Shown one piece after another: positions 14,001 through 20,511 of a DNA stretch of 64,000 nucleotides. The number at the start of each line of letters is the position of its first letter. Positions within the stretch are counted from its first letter, which is position 1. Under the pieces are notes generated by a model. That model was not told where the DNA came from. It saw only the letters and a program-made list of their open reading frames with translations, and made no database searches. The DNA is taken from contig JAGNHN010000002.1 of NCBI GenBank assembly GCA_018001695.1, positions 31,602 to 95,601 of the forward strand, written 5' to 3'. Made by a program: the position numbers and the translations under genes. This DNA is from Lentimicrobiaceae bacterium. GTDB taxonomy: Bacteria > Bacteroidota > Bacteroidia > Bacteroidales > JAGNHN01.

Positions 14001-14573
14001 AGAGACAGTGTTACCATCTACGTACCGCAGTATCCAATTGCTGTGACCGATAGTTTCACGCTCCTGCAGAACACCGTGATCATCTCCGGAGATATCCTCC
14101 TGAATGACTCACTCTATGGTTGGCCGAACAATGTCTATATCCTCGACAATCCCAGAAATGGTGGTGCTGATCTGAACAATGACCACACGCTGAACTACTA
14201 TCCGAACAATAACTTCTACGGACAGGATTCCCTGACCTATGAGGTCTGCCTGCAAGCTTGTCCGACGATGTGCTCACAGACCAAGGTTATGTTCGAAGTA
14301 GAGCCTATCATCATCGTTCCTGATATCATCACACCTGATGGCGATGGCACGAATGACGCCTTCGAAATCGTTGGCATAGAAAACTTCCCGTACAACGAGA
14401 TATTCATCTACAACAGATGGGGTGCAGAAGTCTTCAACGCCATTGATTATCGCAACGACTGGTACGGTACCTTCAAAGGCAAAGATCTGCCAGACGGCAC
14501 CTACTTCTACGTATTCATCGACCGAACGAATGGTAAGGTCGTAAGTAAAGGACATCTAACCATTCACAGGTAA
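1..14573 (+). CDS. Giant tandem-repeat cell-surface adhesin, 5'-truncated by the window edge, with a T9SS type B (gliding-motility-associated) C-terminal domain
   Basis: Frame 3 is open from nt 3. Its translation (PVEVLSKPVAFPTNNGPVCYGSDVELYGN) continues the repeat upstream of the ORF-track Met at 72, so the true start lies outside the window. The ORF holds about 15 super-repeats of ~257 aa built from Cys-containing Ig-like modules. The C-terminus (VPDIITPDGDGTNDAFEI..IYNRWGAEVF..DGTYFYV..KGHLTIHR) is the classic type B CTD. Stop TAA at 14571-14573. Confidence 0.9.
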   Translation, partial: PVEVLSKPVAFPTNNGPVCYGSDVELYGNTLPGTIPGAMYQWYNAAGVLFSTDQNPVVSGLAPGMHTFGLIVTVDYCQSNIVFTHVEVGQILSAPVMMPDTAVCAGGTITLYTNTVATQYFWTGPNGFTSNLQYPPVIASANGSHQGLYKLHYMVGGCPSDTGSVFVTVNNKPAKPVLYTNSPVCEGDMLMLATTSSCGMYTFQGYGAASSGNLIYNNVNHPDSILMVPTGGLPTNTTYWTVVCTDVTTGCSSDPSDLVPVEILSRPVAFPTNNGPVCYGDPVELYGNTNPGTIPGTMYQWYNQLGVLVSTNQNPVIQGLTPGSYTYSLIVTVGNCQSNAAFTTFTVDSILPAPAMQPDFSVCEGSPIVLFTTTNAGTYFWTGPNGFTSNLQYPAAIQNASALNEGWYKLHYSSGSCPSDTDSVYVTVISLPSTPTIVTNSPICDDENLVLTTSTSCGMYQWIGPAGSSPSTLSNPYLTTTSNTTSIPPTDSAYMAGLWQVVCVDPVTGCQSLPSQPVNVVINPVPQAFPTNNSPVCLGDDVELYGNTIPGTIPGAMYQWFDDSTPRQLISTNKDPVISNLPAGTHTFYLVVTVANCSSDTIPTIVEVAPQLIAPVVPADFAVCEDDAIILSTPTIADTYKWTGPNGYISYLQQPPAIQPASGLNQGWYVLVVGIGGCESAADSVYVTVHPKPVKPVLVTNSPVCEGDTLRLGTTASCGTYTFEGYGSSPSANLIFSLTNHPDSLLNIVTTGLPTNFTYWTVTCVDQVTGCSSDPSDLVPVEILTRPVAFPTNNGPVCYGSDVTLYGNTNPGTLPGAMYQWFNSAGTLVSTNQNPVISNLTPGTYTYGLVVTLGYCVSDIAYTTFIVDSILPAPVMQANFTVCEGDAISLFTTTNASQYFWTGPNGFVSNLQNPAAILNASVLNEGWYSLHYTSGNCPSDTGKVYVTVYSLPSTPTIVANTPLCDDENLVLTTSTVCGQYQWIGPLGSSPATLSNPYLTTNTNTTSIPPTDVAYVAGQWQVVCVDLATGCQSLPSAPVNVVINPVPVAFPTNNGPVCSGHPVELYGNTVPGTLPGAMYEWYDNSVPKQLISTNQNPTINNLPDGIHVFYLVVTVNNCVSDMVPTTVVVAPLLPAPIVPADFAVCEGEAIVVSTTTAADYYKWTGPNGYISYLQNPPAITNATALNEGWYVLIVGVNGCQSAADSVYVTVNPKPAVPTMISNSPLCDDENLILSTGSVCGTYLWVGPMGSSPAVLSNPYLTTTTHYTVIPPTDTAYMSGQWQVICVDAVTGCQSDPSPAITVTINPVPQAFPTNNGPICLGADAVLYGNTNPGTLPGALYQWYDDSSPKQLVSTNKDAVISGLPAGSHTFYLVVTVGGCPSDTVSTTIVVSPTLPAPMLPANFAVCEEQPIVLFTNTVADTYIWTGPNGFTSNLQNPTAIVSATQLHEGWYKLKVGVGGCQSEEDSVYVTVNPLPATPVITYNGPICDGELLVLSTTAISSSYRWTAPDGSTTVTVGPVLQLASGSALYQDGNWTVASIDTLTGCISHASAPVDVVIKPVPAAFATNNGPVCNGQAFVLYGNTIPGTLPGTMYAWYSDALLTNLVSTDQNPLMTGYASGSYTFYLVVTVNGCVSPAAQTTVVVKPTPQPPVMPAPFAVCEEDAIVLSTTTLADAYLWTGPSGFTSTLQYPAAILNASSLNQGWYKLYVTVNGCASASDSVFVTVNPLPTTPVITSNGPICNGEILVLSTTAVAGNYRWTAPDGSTEVTGTSTLTINAGNALYQDGMWTVTSINTVTGCESHISQPVNVVITPVPVAFASNSGPVCSGFDVQLFGNTVPGTLPGTMYAWYADAALTTLVSPQQNPIIAGLPDGSHTFYLVVTVNGCQSLPVATTAVVSPILAPPQMQSNVAVCEEGDIMLFTPTLADNYNWTGPNGFTSNLQYPAVIQNASSLHQGWYKLSVTINGCGSATDSVFVTVHPLPVTPVITYNGPICDSSVLVLSTTAIGHEYIWTAPDGSMTTTYIPSLGIQYGANLYQDGWWTVAIHDTNTGCTGHNAAPVNVVIKPVPVAHAVNSGPVCAGQAFTLHGNTVPGTVSGAMYAWYGDIQLTNLFSTDQTVTLSGLTPGVYNFYLVVTVDGCSSTPDETEVIVLPVPPAPVVPAAFAVCAGDAIVLSTPTLANAYQWTGPNGFVSNLQNPAAILNATALNQGWYVLSVISNGCPSAKDSVYVTVNPLPATPVITSNGPICEGENLILSTTANCGTYRWTAPDGSVTTTILPSLVIASTSNLYQDGPWTVVCINNVTGCESFASAPVQVVINPVPLAIAQNNGPVCSTFDVQLFGNTIPGTLPGAMYTWYSDATLTNVVSTLQNPVISNLPDGLHTFYLVVTVNGCQSLPVSTTATVSPILAPPQMQPDFAVCAEDAIVLTTPTQADIYHWTGPNGFISNLQHPPAILNASILNQGWYVLSVTINGCGSAQDSVFVTVNPLPATPVLSSNQPICEGEDLTFYTTVIASSYIWTAPDGSTITTVGPNLVVTATHPLYQDGNWTVNAIDTLTGCISHTSLPVDVVIKPVPIALAGNSGPVCSGNTVQLYGDAITWCMPCVIYTWYDGDPLAGGTLISVQQNPIIAGLPDGNHTFWLVVIVDGCASIPVPTTVVVAPILPAPQLPADFAVCEGDVIQLATTTIANNYFWSGPAGFTSNLQQPHVILNAQWYNEGWYRLYVEGNGCISLTDSVYVTVNPKPATPVLTTNSPICEGDNLLLTTTASSDQYRWTAPDGSFILTWAPILNIVSTDTFYQDGPWTVSCIDTATGCESDHSAIKDVVINPVPLAFATNSGPVCSGFDVQLFGNTIPGTLPGTMYTWYSDAALTTIISTLQNPVITGLPDGNHTFYLVVTVDNCESIAVPTTATVSPILAPPQVPANFAVCAGDAIVLSTPTLADVYHWTGPNGFTSNLQHPAAIQNASILNQGWYTLSVTINGCGSAQDSVYVTVNPLPVTPVISSNAPICAGSDLVLSTTATGFHYLWTAPDGSTATTTVPTLVVSASAALYQGGMWTVTAIDTVTACASNASAPLQVVIYPVPLAIASNSGPVCSGFDIQLFGNTIPGTLPGAMYTWYSNAALTNVVSTLQNPIISGLADGLHTFWLVVTVDGCNSLSVSTTATISPILAPPQVPANFAVCAEDAIVLSTSTQADVYNWTGPNGFVSNLQNPPAITNASILNQGWYKLSVVINGCGSAQDSVYVTVNPLPATPVLISNSPICAGEDLVLSTTANSSQYRWTAPDGSTIYTLLPVLTITSTQAGYQQGMWTVTTINTATGCESHISLPVNVEIRPVPLALASNSSPVCSGHSVQLFGSAQPGCIGCTAYAWYNGNPLAGGTLISLQQNPVITGLADGVHTFWLVATINGCASIPVTTTVTVNPPLPAPVLPADFAVCQGEMIQLSTTTIADEYYWTGPNGFTSNLQHPAGFGPATLAHTGYYVLKVRQNGCLSLADSVLVTVNPLPATPVLMTNAPVCQGQDLVFTTTANCGTYHWTAPNGITVTTIVPVLTVTSTHALYLPGLWQVVCEDTTTGCISLPSVPVNAVINPVPLAIADNGGNVCQGQPVMLYGNTVPGTLPGTLYTWYADAALTTVVSTAQNPVLNNVAAGTHTYYLVVTVNGCTSAAAMTTLTVYSVPAAPAPSSNSPVCEGGNIMLYANVSGLSYQWTGPNGFNSTLENPVITNAGLLNDGYYQLIVSQNGCFSAPTSIQVDIRPRPATPVISSNGPICSGSDLVLSTTSYSGNSVVYYWNGPAGYADTTNVASAIVTNTTAAQAGYYQVAVSVDGCISLLSAPLQVVVNNQPVAPAPVATYSDTAFCSGGTITLTATGAATHTYQWTGPNGFVATGQTVTITNATVAYNGTYTVVVSNGNCTASGSVTFNSVQPIPTTPPISSPQPLCEGDILMLSTVAYNGVNVQYHWTTPSGVVTTTVPNLVINPVAASHAGNYQVTVSVNGCYSLPSAVAVVVVIPTPPMPVIVANDSVFCEGEMLQLYTPALASMYFWSGPNGFASGAQQPPVIGPLMPQHSGTYQLFVASVNGCTSPTRTLNVVVHPRPLTPVLSANSPVCQGDVLTLSTTSVCGNYTWTAPNGAQATTTTNTLNVTSGSALYQAGNWTVVCTNVLTGCSSLPSLPVNVTIAPVPVSVPSNNGPVCAGSPVTLFGNTVPNATYYWYNHISGGVGTLISTNQNHTVYGLAPGTYIYYLVVSTGCKSDTIPTTVIVKPVPAAPLPTNNGPVCTGSNIQLFANVVADSYLWTGPGGFTSLLANPSIGNATAANAGFYYLTVTINGCTSPAGMTQVDVVGSNIIPVISGNSPLCEGDMLILNSTVLSGTGPVTYTWYGPSGLTATTSSPTYIIPTVTPANTGLYYMIATINGCQTQPSAPVYIQVKPLPAKPTIFGNTPVCEGDNIIVFTYTPADAYHWTGPNGFTSNLQNPPAITNVTVNNTGLYKLNVTINGCTSPDTSIFITVNPTPATPFLISNSPVCNGDSIVLIATSGSDGYIWTLPSSQTVTTTDSVLVIYPALPSNAGTYTVKAKVGNCISLASLPELVEVMTVPPDIAYAGQDIIVCAGQSPVMVSGNITSLSGLWTTSSTAVIVSPTSPNTIVTNLVEGQSYVLYWTLYNPGCGDYSRDSVTIYVPQYPIAVTDSFTLLQNTVIISGDILLNDSLYGWPNNVYILDNPRNGGADLNNDHTLNYYPNNNFYGQDSLTYEVCLQACPTMCSQTKVMFEVEPIIIVPDIITPDGDGTNDAFEIVGIENFPYNEIFIYNRWGAEVFNAIDYRNDWYGTFKGKDLPDGTYFYVFIDRTNGKVVSKGHLTIHR
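14307..14570 (+). other. T9SS type B C-terminal sorting domain (TIGR04131-like)
   Basis: Last 88 aa: IIIVPDIITPDGDGTNDAFEIVGIENFPYNEIFIYNRWGAEVFNAIDYRNDWYGTFKGKDLPDGTYFYVFIDRTNGKVVSKGHLTIHR. Confidence 0.85.
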
Positions 14574-14609
14574 TCTATCCAATCTATGAATTTTAAAACA
14601 CCAGATATC

Positions 14610-15533
14610 ATGAAAAAGTACGTGTTCATCCTGACAATCCTGATCGCTGGCACTGGACTCCAGGCCCAGCAGGATGAGGCTTACACCCAGTACTTCTACA
14701 ACAAACTGGTCATCAACCCCGCTTATGCGGGAAGCCGGGATGCCATCAGTATCCTGGGGCTTTACCGTAACCAGTGGGTTGGCTTTGAAGGAGCACCCAA
14801 AACCCAATCCGTGAGTATACATGCCCCGGTCTTTACCGAGAATATTGGGCTGGGGCTCTCTCTCATTCACGACGAAATCGGCATATCCGACAATATGACG
14901 GTGAACATGGCCTATGCCTTCCGGATGCAGTTCGAGAAAGGCAGACTGGCCCTGGGTCTGAATGGGCAGATCAAAAGGCAGTTCATGGATTGGAAATCGA
15001 CGAGCCCGATAGAACAGATCGATGGCAAGATACCCTATGCCAATACGGTAATATGGTTACCGAATTTCGGTGTTGGGGCCTATTTTGACAACGATCTGTT
15101 CTATGCAGGGGTCAGCGTCCCGCACCTCATGGAGAACAAGCTGGAATACAACCGGACAGGTACAACAGCGGAAACACAGGCACGCCAGCGAAGGCATATC
15201 TTCGGTATGGCAGGGCTTATGCTTCCTGTATCTGAAGAGGTTGAATTCCATCCCTCCCTGTTGGTCAAATATGTCAAAAACTCACCGACCACCGTGGATA
15301 TCAATGCCAGCTTCGTCTTTTACCGGACGCTGCTGACAGGGGTCACTTACCGGACCGGTGATTCGTTTGACATGATTATCCAACTCTACCTGAACAACAA
15401 CCTCAGGATAGGGTATGCGCATGATTTCACCACTACCAAGCTCAGTGACTACCACAGTGGAACCCACGAGATCCTGGTAGGATTCGATTTCGGCAAGCGC
15501 GTAAAAGGTATCGATAATCCCAGATACTTCTAA
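14610..15533 (+). CDS. PorP/SprF-family T9SS membrane protein
   Basis: QQDEAYTQYFYNKLVINPAYAGSRDAISILGLYRNQWVGFEGAPKTQSVSIHAP is the PorP/SprF signature N-terminus. The gene starts 13-37 nt after the type B CTD gene. The start could be ATG 14610 (MKKYVFILT, signal-like) or the in-frame ATG at 14586. Confidence 0.88.
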   Translation: MKKYVFILTILIAGTGLQAQQDEAYTQYFYNKLVINPAYAGSRDAISILGLYRNQWVGFEGAPKTQSVSIHAPVFTENIGLGLSLIHDEIGISDNMTVNMAYAFRMQFEKGRLALGLNGQIKRQFMDWKSTSPIEQIDGKIPYANTVIWLPNFGVGAYFDNDLFYAGVSVPHLMENKLEYNRTGTTAETQARQRRHIFGMAGLMLPVSEEVEFHPSLLVKYVKNSPTTVDINASFVFYRTLLTGVTYRTGDSFDMIIQLYLNNNLRIGYAHDFTTTKLSDYHSGTHEILVGFDFGKRVKGIDNPRYF

Positions 15534-15569
15534 TCCGCAAGAATGGAAACCTTGAAAACACCAGAGGTT

Positions 15570-18200
15570 ATGAAAAAGACAGTCATTCTCAGTATTATCA
15601 CCCTCTTTCTCAGTACCATCGTGGTATTTGGTCAAAGGAGCGCTGCGGATAAGGCATACGGGCACTATGAATACCAGGCTGCCATCGCGCAATACAAAGC
15701 ATTGCTAAAGAAGAATCCGACAGATGGGGAAGCGCTCTTTAATCTGGCCAATGCATACCGCCTGAACGGTGAGACCATGGAATCGGAACGCTGGTTCGCC
15801 CAGGCCGTTCAGCACCATGACAATCCCATGGGCATGCTGTATTATGCGCAGATGCTGCTCAGCAATGGTAAGTACCGGCTTGCATCTGAATGGTTTAGCA
15901 AATACAGCCTTGCAGCCACCAACAGCGAAGACGCCAAACGCGCAAAAGCATTTGCGGATTTTGCCATTAAGCTGGACAATGAGGGCATACAACCCAGTGA
16001 TTATCAACTGCAACTAGTTCCCTTCAACACCGTCAAACTGGACTTCAGTCCAACCTACCGTAGCGAAACGGAACTCGTCTTTGCCAGTAATCGCTCTGAG
16101 CGCAGGCGGCCCAAGTATGAAGATCCCTGGACCTCAGACCACTTCAATGATCTGTATAGTGTTGAACTCAAAGCAGATGGCACCTATGGAAACGTCGTTA
16201 AGCTTCCAAAGGAGATCAACACCAAATTCCATGAAGGCTCTGCCGTCTTCACCAAGGGTGGAAACGTCATGTACTTCACAAGGAATGATTACATCAAAGG
16301 GAGACGCGGCTTCGATTCCAACCGCAATACCAGACTGGCCATATATCGATCTGAATTGGTGGATGGCGTCTGGCAGAAACCTGTCTCACTGAACATTAAC
16401 AACAGCGAATTCTCCAATAGCCATCCAACATTGTCGGCAGACGGCAAGATGATGATCTTTGCCTCTGACCGTCCTGGTGGCTATGGCCTGATGGATCTCT
16501 ATGTCACCACCTGGCAGGATACGGCCTGGAGCGATCCGCGTAACCTCGGTAATCACATCAACACCAGCGGAAACGAAGTATTCCCTTTCCTGGGCGGTGA
16601 TGGATTCCTGTACTTCTCTTCCAATCTGCATGTGGGATTTGGAGGACTTGATGTTTTCCGTGCCAGGAATGTCAATGGCGTCTGGAGAGACCCCATCAAC
16701 CTGGGAACACCCATCAATAGCCCTAAAGATGATTTCGGCATCACAGCCAATGCACTGATGAGTGAAGGTTATTTCACATCCAATCGCGCCGGCAAGGCCA
16801 GCCTGGATGACATCTACCACTTCACCATTAACCGTAACTTCATTCTGGCTGGTACAGTGGTCAATTGCATGACCGGGCAAGTTATCCCGGAAGCTGAGGT
16901 TATCTTGACCTATGGTGGGGAAAAAGTGGCCATGGCACTCAGTGATTTTGCCGGCAAGTTCCAGTTCCAGGTACCCTATGGCAAAATATACGTTGCAACG
17001 GCGACCAAAGATGGGTACCTTACGAGTGACCTTTGCCCCGGCAAGACCCTGGTTAATACCGAGGAAATAAAATCGAATACTACCATTGAGATTGCATTGC
17101 CGGTAGAAGAAGTCCCCAAAGCAGGAAAACAGCCCTTCCTCATCACCGGAACTGTCATTAATGCAGATTATGGCAACCCGGTTCCAAATGCCACGGTCAA
17201 GTTGCTCAACAAGTGTACCGGTGAAGAAACCAGCGTCAAAACCCTGGCCGATGGTAGCTACCGTTTCGTACTGCCCGACACCTGTGACTATGTGCTTCTG
17301 GTTTCTAAAGACAGGTTCCTGCCAACCTCATTCCCATTCACCACCCTTGACAAAAAGGACAATGATCCCATTCAGGCCAATCTTCCTATAGCCTTCGACC
17401 ACACACTTTCAAGGCCTCTGCCGGGCGAAGAAGGTTTTGTGTTTGAAGAAGGGGAAACCATGCCTGTTGTGATTCAAAAAGGGACAGTCATCGAGTTGTT
17501 CAATGTCTACTTTGACCTTGATAAATACGATATCCGGCCTGATGCCATCCCTTACCTGGAAGATTTGGTGAAGTTACTGAACGAGCACCCGGATATGAAG
17601 GGTGAGATCAGTGCGCATACGGACAGCAGGGCCTCCTTTGAATACAATACTACCTTATCGCAGAACCGGGCCAATTCCGTCATGCAGTACCTGATAAGTC
17701 GTGGTATCAACGCCAACCGCATGACAGCCAAAGGATACGGCGAAACACAGTTGAAAAATAACTGTGCTGACAATGTTCCTTGTAGTGAAGCAGAACACCA
17801 GCGCAACCGCAGGGTTGAATTCAGGGTGACAGACTTTACAGGCACCATCCAAAGCAAGGAGCCTGAGTTCATCCGCAAGAAAGCCGGATCATCGGAGACA
17901 TCCATGATCCAACCGGAAGCTAAACCTGTAATGCAGTCACCTACTATCATTACTGCAACAACCGGCACCTCTTTTACCGTGCAGGTTGGTGCAGGCACCA
18001 TTCCAATGTCCCGCTTCAAGGATATTCCTGATGTAAAACGCATGAAAGGGAAAGACGGCGTTGTACGGTATACCTCCGGAACCTTTGCTACCATGGAGGA
18101 TGCCTACAGATATCAGGTGCGTCTGCAAGCCATGGGGTTTACAGATGCATGGGTTGCTCCCTTAGATGAAAACCGCAAACCAGAACTGGCCGATCAATAA
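15570..18200 (+). CDS. OmpA-family protein with PorE-like architecture (TPR, PD40/TolB-like propeller, two carboxypeptidase-regulatory-like domains, OmpA_C) plus a C-terminal SPOR-like domain
   Basis: TPR-like N-terminus (EALFNLANAYRLNGE..). PD40-like blades (LSADGKMMIFASDRPGGYGLMDLY, GDGFLYFSSN). Two CRD-like segments (LAGTVVNCMTGQVIPEAEV.., ITGTVINADYGNPVPNATV..). OmpA_C (VYFDLDKYDIRPD..HTDSRASFEYNTTLSQNRANSV..NRRVEFRV). SPOR-like tail (FTVQVGAG..YRYQVRLQAMGFTDAWV). An alternative in-frame ATG lies at 15543. Confidence 0.85.
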   Translation: MKKTVILSIITLFLSTIVVFGQRSAADKAYGHYEYQAAIAQYKALLKKNPTDGEALFNLANAYRLNGETMESERWFAQAVQHHDNPMGMLYYAQMLLSNGKYRLASEWFSKYSLAATNSEDAKRAKAFADFAIKLDNEGIQPSDYQLQLVPFNTVKLDFSPTYRSETELVFASNRSERRRPKYEDPWTSDHFNDLYSVELKADGTYGNVVKLPKEINTKFHEGSAVFTKGGNVMYFTRNDYIKGRRGFDSNRNTRLAIYRSELVDGVWQKPVSLNINNSEFSNSHPTLSADGKMMIFASDRPGGYGLMDLYVTTWQDTAWSDPRNLGNHINTSGNEVFPFLGGDGFLYFSSNLHVGFGGLDVFRARNVNGVWRDPINLGTPINSPKDDFGITANALMSEGYFTSNRAGKASLDDIYHFTINRNFILAGTVVNCMTGQVIPEAEVILTYGGEKVAMALSDFAGKFQFQVPYGKIYVATATKDGYLTSDLCPGKTLVNTEEIKSNTTIEIALPVEEVPKAGKQPFLITGTVINADYGNPVPNATVKLLNKCTGEETSVKTLADGSYRFVLPDTCDYVLLVSKDRFLPTSFPFTTLDKKDNDPIQANLPIAFDHTLSRPLPGEEGFVFEEGETMPVVIQKGTVIELFNVYFDLDKYDIRPDAIPYLEDLVKLLNEHPDMKGEISAHTDSRASFEYNTTLSQNRANSVMQYLISRGINANRMTAKGYGETQLKNNCADNVPCSEAEHQRNRRVEFRVTDFTGTIQSKEPEFIRKKAGSSETSMIQPEAKPVMQSPTIITATTGTSFTVQVGAGTIPMSRFKDIPDVKRMKGKDGVVRYTSGTFATMEDAYRYQVRLQAMGFTDAWVAPLDENRKPELADQ

Positions 18201-18226
18201 CATATCGGCACAGGGATTGTCGAAGA

Positions 18227-18260
18227 AAGGCTGCCCCCATCCCGGAGGCAGCCTTTTATA
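18227..18260 (+). terminator. Rho-independent terminator after the OmpA-like gene
   Basis: aaaggctgcc-cccatcccgga-ggcagccttt hairpin followed by a T-rich run (ttatattt). Confidence 0.7.
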
Positions 18261-18388
18261 TTTATTATCCTGGTGTAATTTTTTATAGATACAATGAGTT
18301 GAAGATGATTCACGTTTACTCTCTGATGTCGGAATTATGACAATAAAATCAATCTTCTTATATATAAAATCATTCAATCCGAAAAAGT

Positions 18389-19033
18389 ATGCAACACGAT
18401 GTCTTTCATATCAGCCCTCAACATACAGAGACGGCCCGGACTGTCCTGCAAAAATTCCTGGAGGTTAGGAATAACAAGCCCAAAAGTATCCTCACCATTG
18501 CCGGCGAAGTAGGCTCCGGGAAGTCAACCATTGCACATCTGCTGGCCAGGGATCTTAAGGACCTTCAGATAAGAGCCAAGATTATGTCGATGGATGATTT
18601 TTACAGAATCAAACCTTTGGAAAGGCAGTCCTGGAGAGAAAAGCAGGGCATCGATGCCGTTGGATTTTCTGAGATAGACTGGATCACCATCGACAGGGTT
18701 ATCAAAGATTTCCTCCAGGACCGGCGTAGTTTTGTGCCTTCAGTTGACCTGATCACTGATTATGTCGACAGGCTTGAAACGGATTTCAAAGGCGTTGATG
18801 TATTGATTTTCTTTGGATTATACAGCCTGAGGATAGCTCAGTCGGATCTCAAGGTATTCATCGAGCACACCTATCATGAGACCATGGAGGCCCAGGCAAA
18901 AAGCAGGAAAGAAGTCATTGACGACTTCCGCTTGAAGATTCTGGAGCGGGAACATGAAGAAGTGATGTCGCTGAAAAAGCTGGCTGACTTCTATGTCGAC
19001 TTCGACACAGGCCTTGAGTTTTACCATCTGTAG
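18389..19033 (+). CDS. P-loop kinase, uridine kinase/phosphoribulokinase-like
   Basis: Walker A IAGEVGSGKSTIA and SMDDFY resemble the Udk/PRK family. ATG at 18389. Confidence 0.55.
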   Translation: MQHDVFHISPQHTETARTVLQKFLEVRNNKPKSILTIAGEVGSGKSTIAHLLARDLKDLQIRAKIMSMDDFYRIKPLERQSWREKQGIDAVGFSEIDWITIDRVIKDFLQDRRSFVPSVDLITDYVDRLETDFKGVDVLIFFGLYSLRIAQSDLKVFIEHTYHETMEAQAKSRKEVIDDFRLKILEREHEEVMSLKKLADFYVDFDTGLEFYHL

Positions 19034-19221
19034 GGTGGTGACTTTCATCATTATCAATATGCATGTACCATCTTCTGACGCAATGCAACCGTTCATCGGT
19101 TCCCTGACCCCTGGTGATATGATTTTAATTAATTTCACATCAAGTAACCGGAATCCAGCAACTATTGAATCCGAGACCAGCACACCATAAGCGCTATTTC
19201 AAAGCCATAACGCTGGCAAAC

Positions 19222-20472
19222 ATGCAGCGTTGTGTTGTCCTGCTGCTACAGTCTCTGGTACTTACCACAATGTTTCCAATGGGCATCATTGCACAGGATA
19301 CCAGCACGCAGCAAGCACAGACCATCGGGTACAGGGTCACCGATGAGGCCGGCCGCGCCGAGATGTCGTTTGTAAGTGTACATAACCTCATCATTATCCC
19401 TGTCTCCATCAATGGCTCCCTACCCCTCAATTTCATTCTGGATTGCGGAATCAGCCAAACCATTGTCACAGATCCGAGCCTGGCTGCCATGATGCGCTTG
19501 AAGCCAGAACGCGAGATCAATATTATGGGCGCCGGTGGCGAACAACAGATCAGGGCCAATGTATGTACCGGCAACCGGATCGCATTGCATGGCGTCAGAG
19601 GAGATGGCATACCTGTTATCCTTCTTCAGGAAGATTACCTTTCTCTCTCGGCTATCCTCGGGATCCCCATCTTCGGATTGCTGGGCGGTGATATTTTCCG
19701 TGAGCTGGTCGTTAGTATTGATTACGGAGAGCGGAAGTTGGCTTTTGTCAATCCTCCATCCTTCACGCATCCGTTTGGCTATCAGAAAGTACCCATTCGT
19801 ATGCAGGGTGGCAAGCCTTACCTGCCGTTGCACCTGGAGCAGACAGAAGGGCCGTCGCTTGACATTGAAGTATTGGCAGATCTGGGTGCCAGCCATTTTC
19901 TCTTGCTGGAAACCCAGTCTGATGAGCGCCTCGTCATCCCCTCAAGACATCTTCCTGCCAACGTTGGGTTTGGTCTTTCCGGGCCGATACAAGGAAGCTA
20001 TGCCAGGGCGCATACCGTGCGCCTGGCACGATTCAGGCTAAACAAACCTATCATATCCTATACCCAGACCTATAACCCGTTTGAGGTCAGCCGTCATAGT
20101 CATGGTACCATCGGCGGTGAATTCCTGTGCCGTTTTCATGTGATCTTCGATCTTAGCCGGGAAGTGATGTATTTTCAGAAAAACAGACAATACAACAAGA
20201 TTTTCACACAGGACCGTAGTGGACTGGGCGTCATGGCGGGTGGCAATGCACTGGAGCAAATCATCGTATACGATGTACGCCAGGGATCACCGGCATGGCA
20301 GGCCGGAATGCAGGCAGGCGACCGCATCCTCAGGCTGAATGGCGCCCGGCTTCGTGACCTGGACCGTATCAATACCATGATGCGGCAAAGGGAAGGGAAG
20401 AAAATCCATATTGTGTTTGAACGAGATCAGCAGATAAAAGAAGTACGGTTCGAGCTGTCAGAAGGAATCTAG
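19222..20472 (+). CDS. Secreted retropepsin-like aspartyl protease with a C-terminal PDZ domain
   Basis: Signal-like MQRCVVLLLQSLVLTTMFPMGIIAQ. Two D-x-G-type lobes (FILDCGISQTIV, LADLGASHFLL). PDZ segment (GLGVMAGG..VYDVRQGSPAWQAGMQAGDRILRLNG). The ORF-track start at 19165 is an upstream alternative. Confidence 0.65.
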   Translation: MQRCVVLLLQSLVLTTMFPMGIIAQDTSTQQAQTIGYRVTDEAGRAEMSFVSVHNLIIIPVSINGSLPLNFILDCGISQTIVTDPSLAAMMRLKPEREINIMGAGGEQQIRANVCTGNRIALHGVRGDGIPVILLQEDYLSLSAILGIPIFGLLGGDIFRELVVSIDYGERKLAFVNPPSFTHPFGYQKVPIRMQGGKPYLPLHLEQTEGPSLDIEVLADLGASHFLLLETQSDERLVIPSRHLPANVGFGLSGPIQGSYARAHTVRLARFRLNKPIISYTQTYNPFEVSRHSHGTIGGEFLCRFHVIFDLSREVMYFQKNRQYNKIFTQDRSGLGVMAGGNALEQIIVYDVRQGSPAWQAGMQAGDRILRLNGARLRDLDRINTMMRQREGKKIHIVFERDQQIKEVRFELSEGI

Positions 20473-20511
20473 GATCCAGGATGAAAGCCACCACCTTCTG
20501 ATTGCTTTTGT

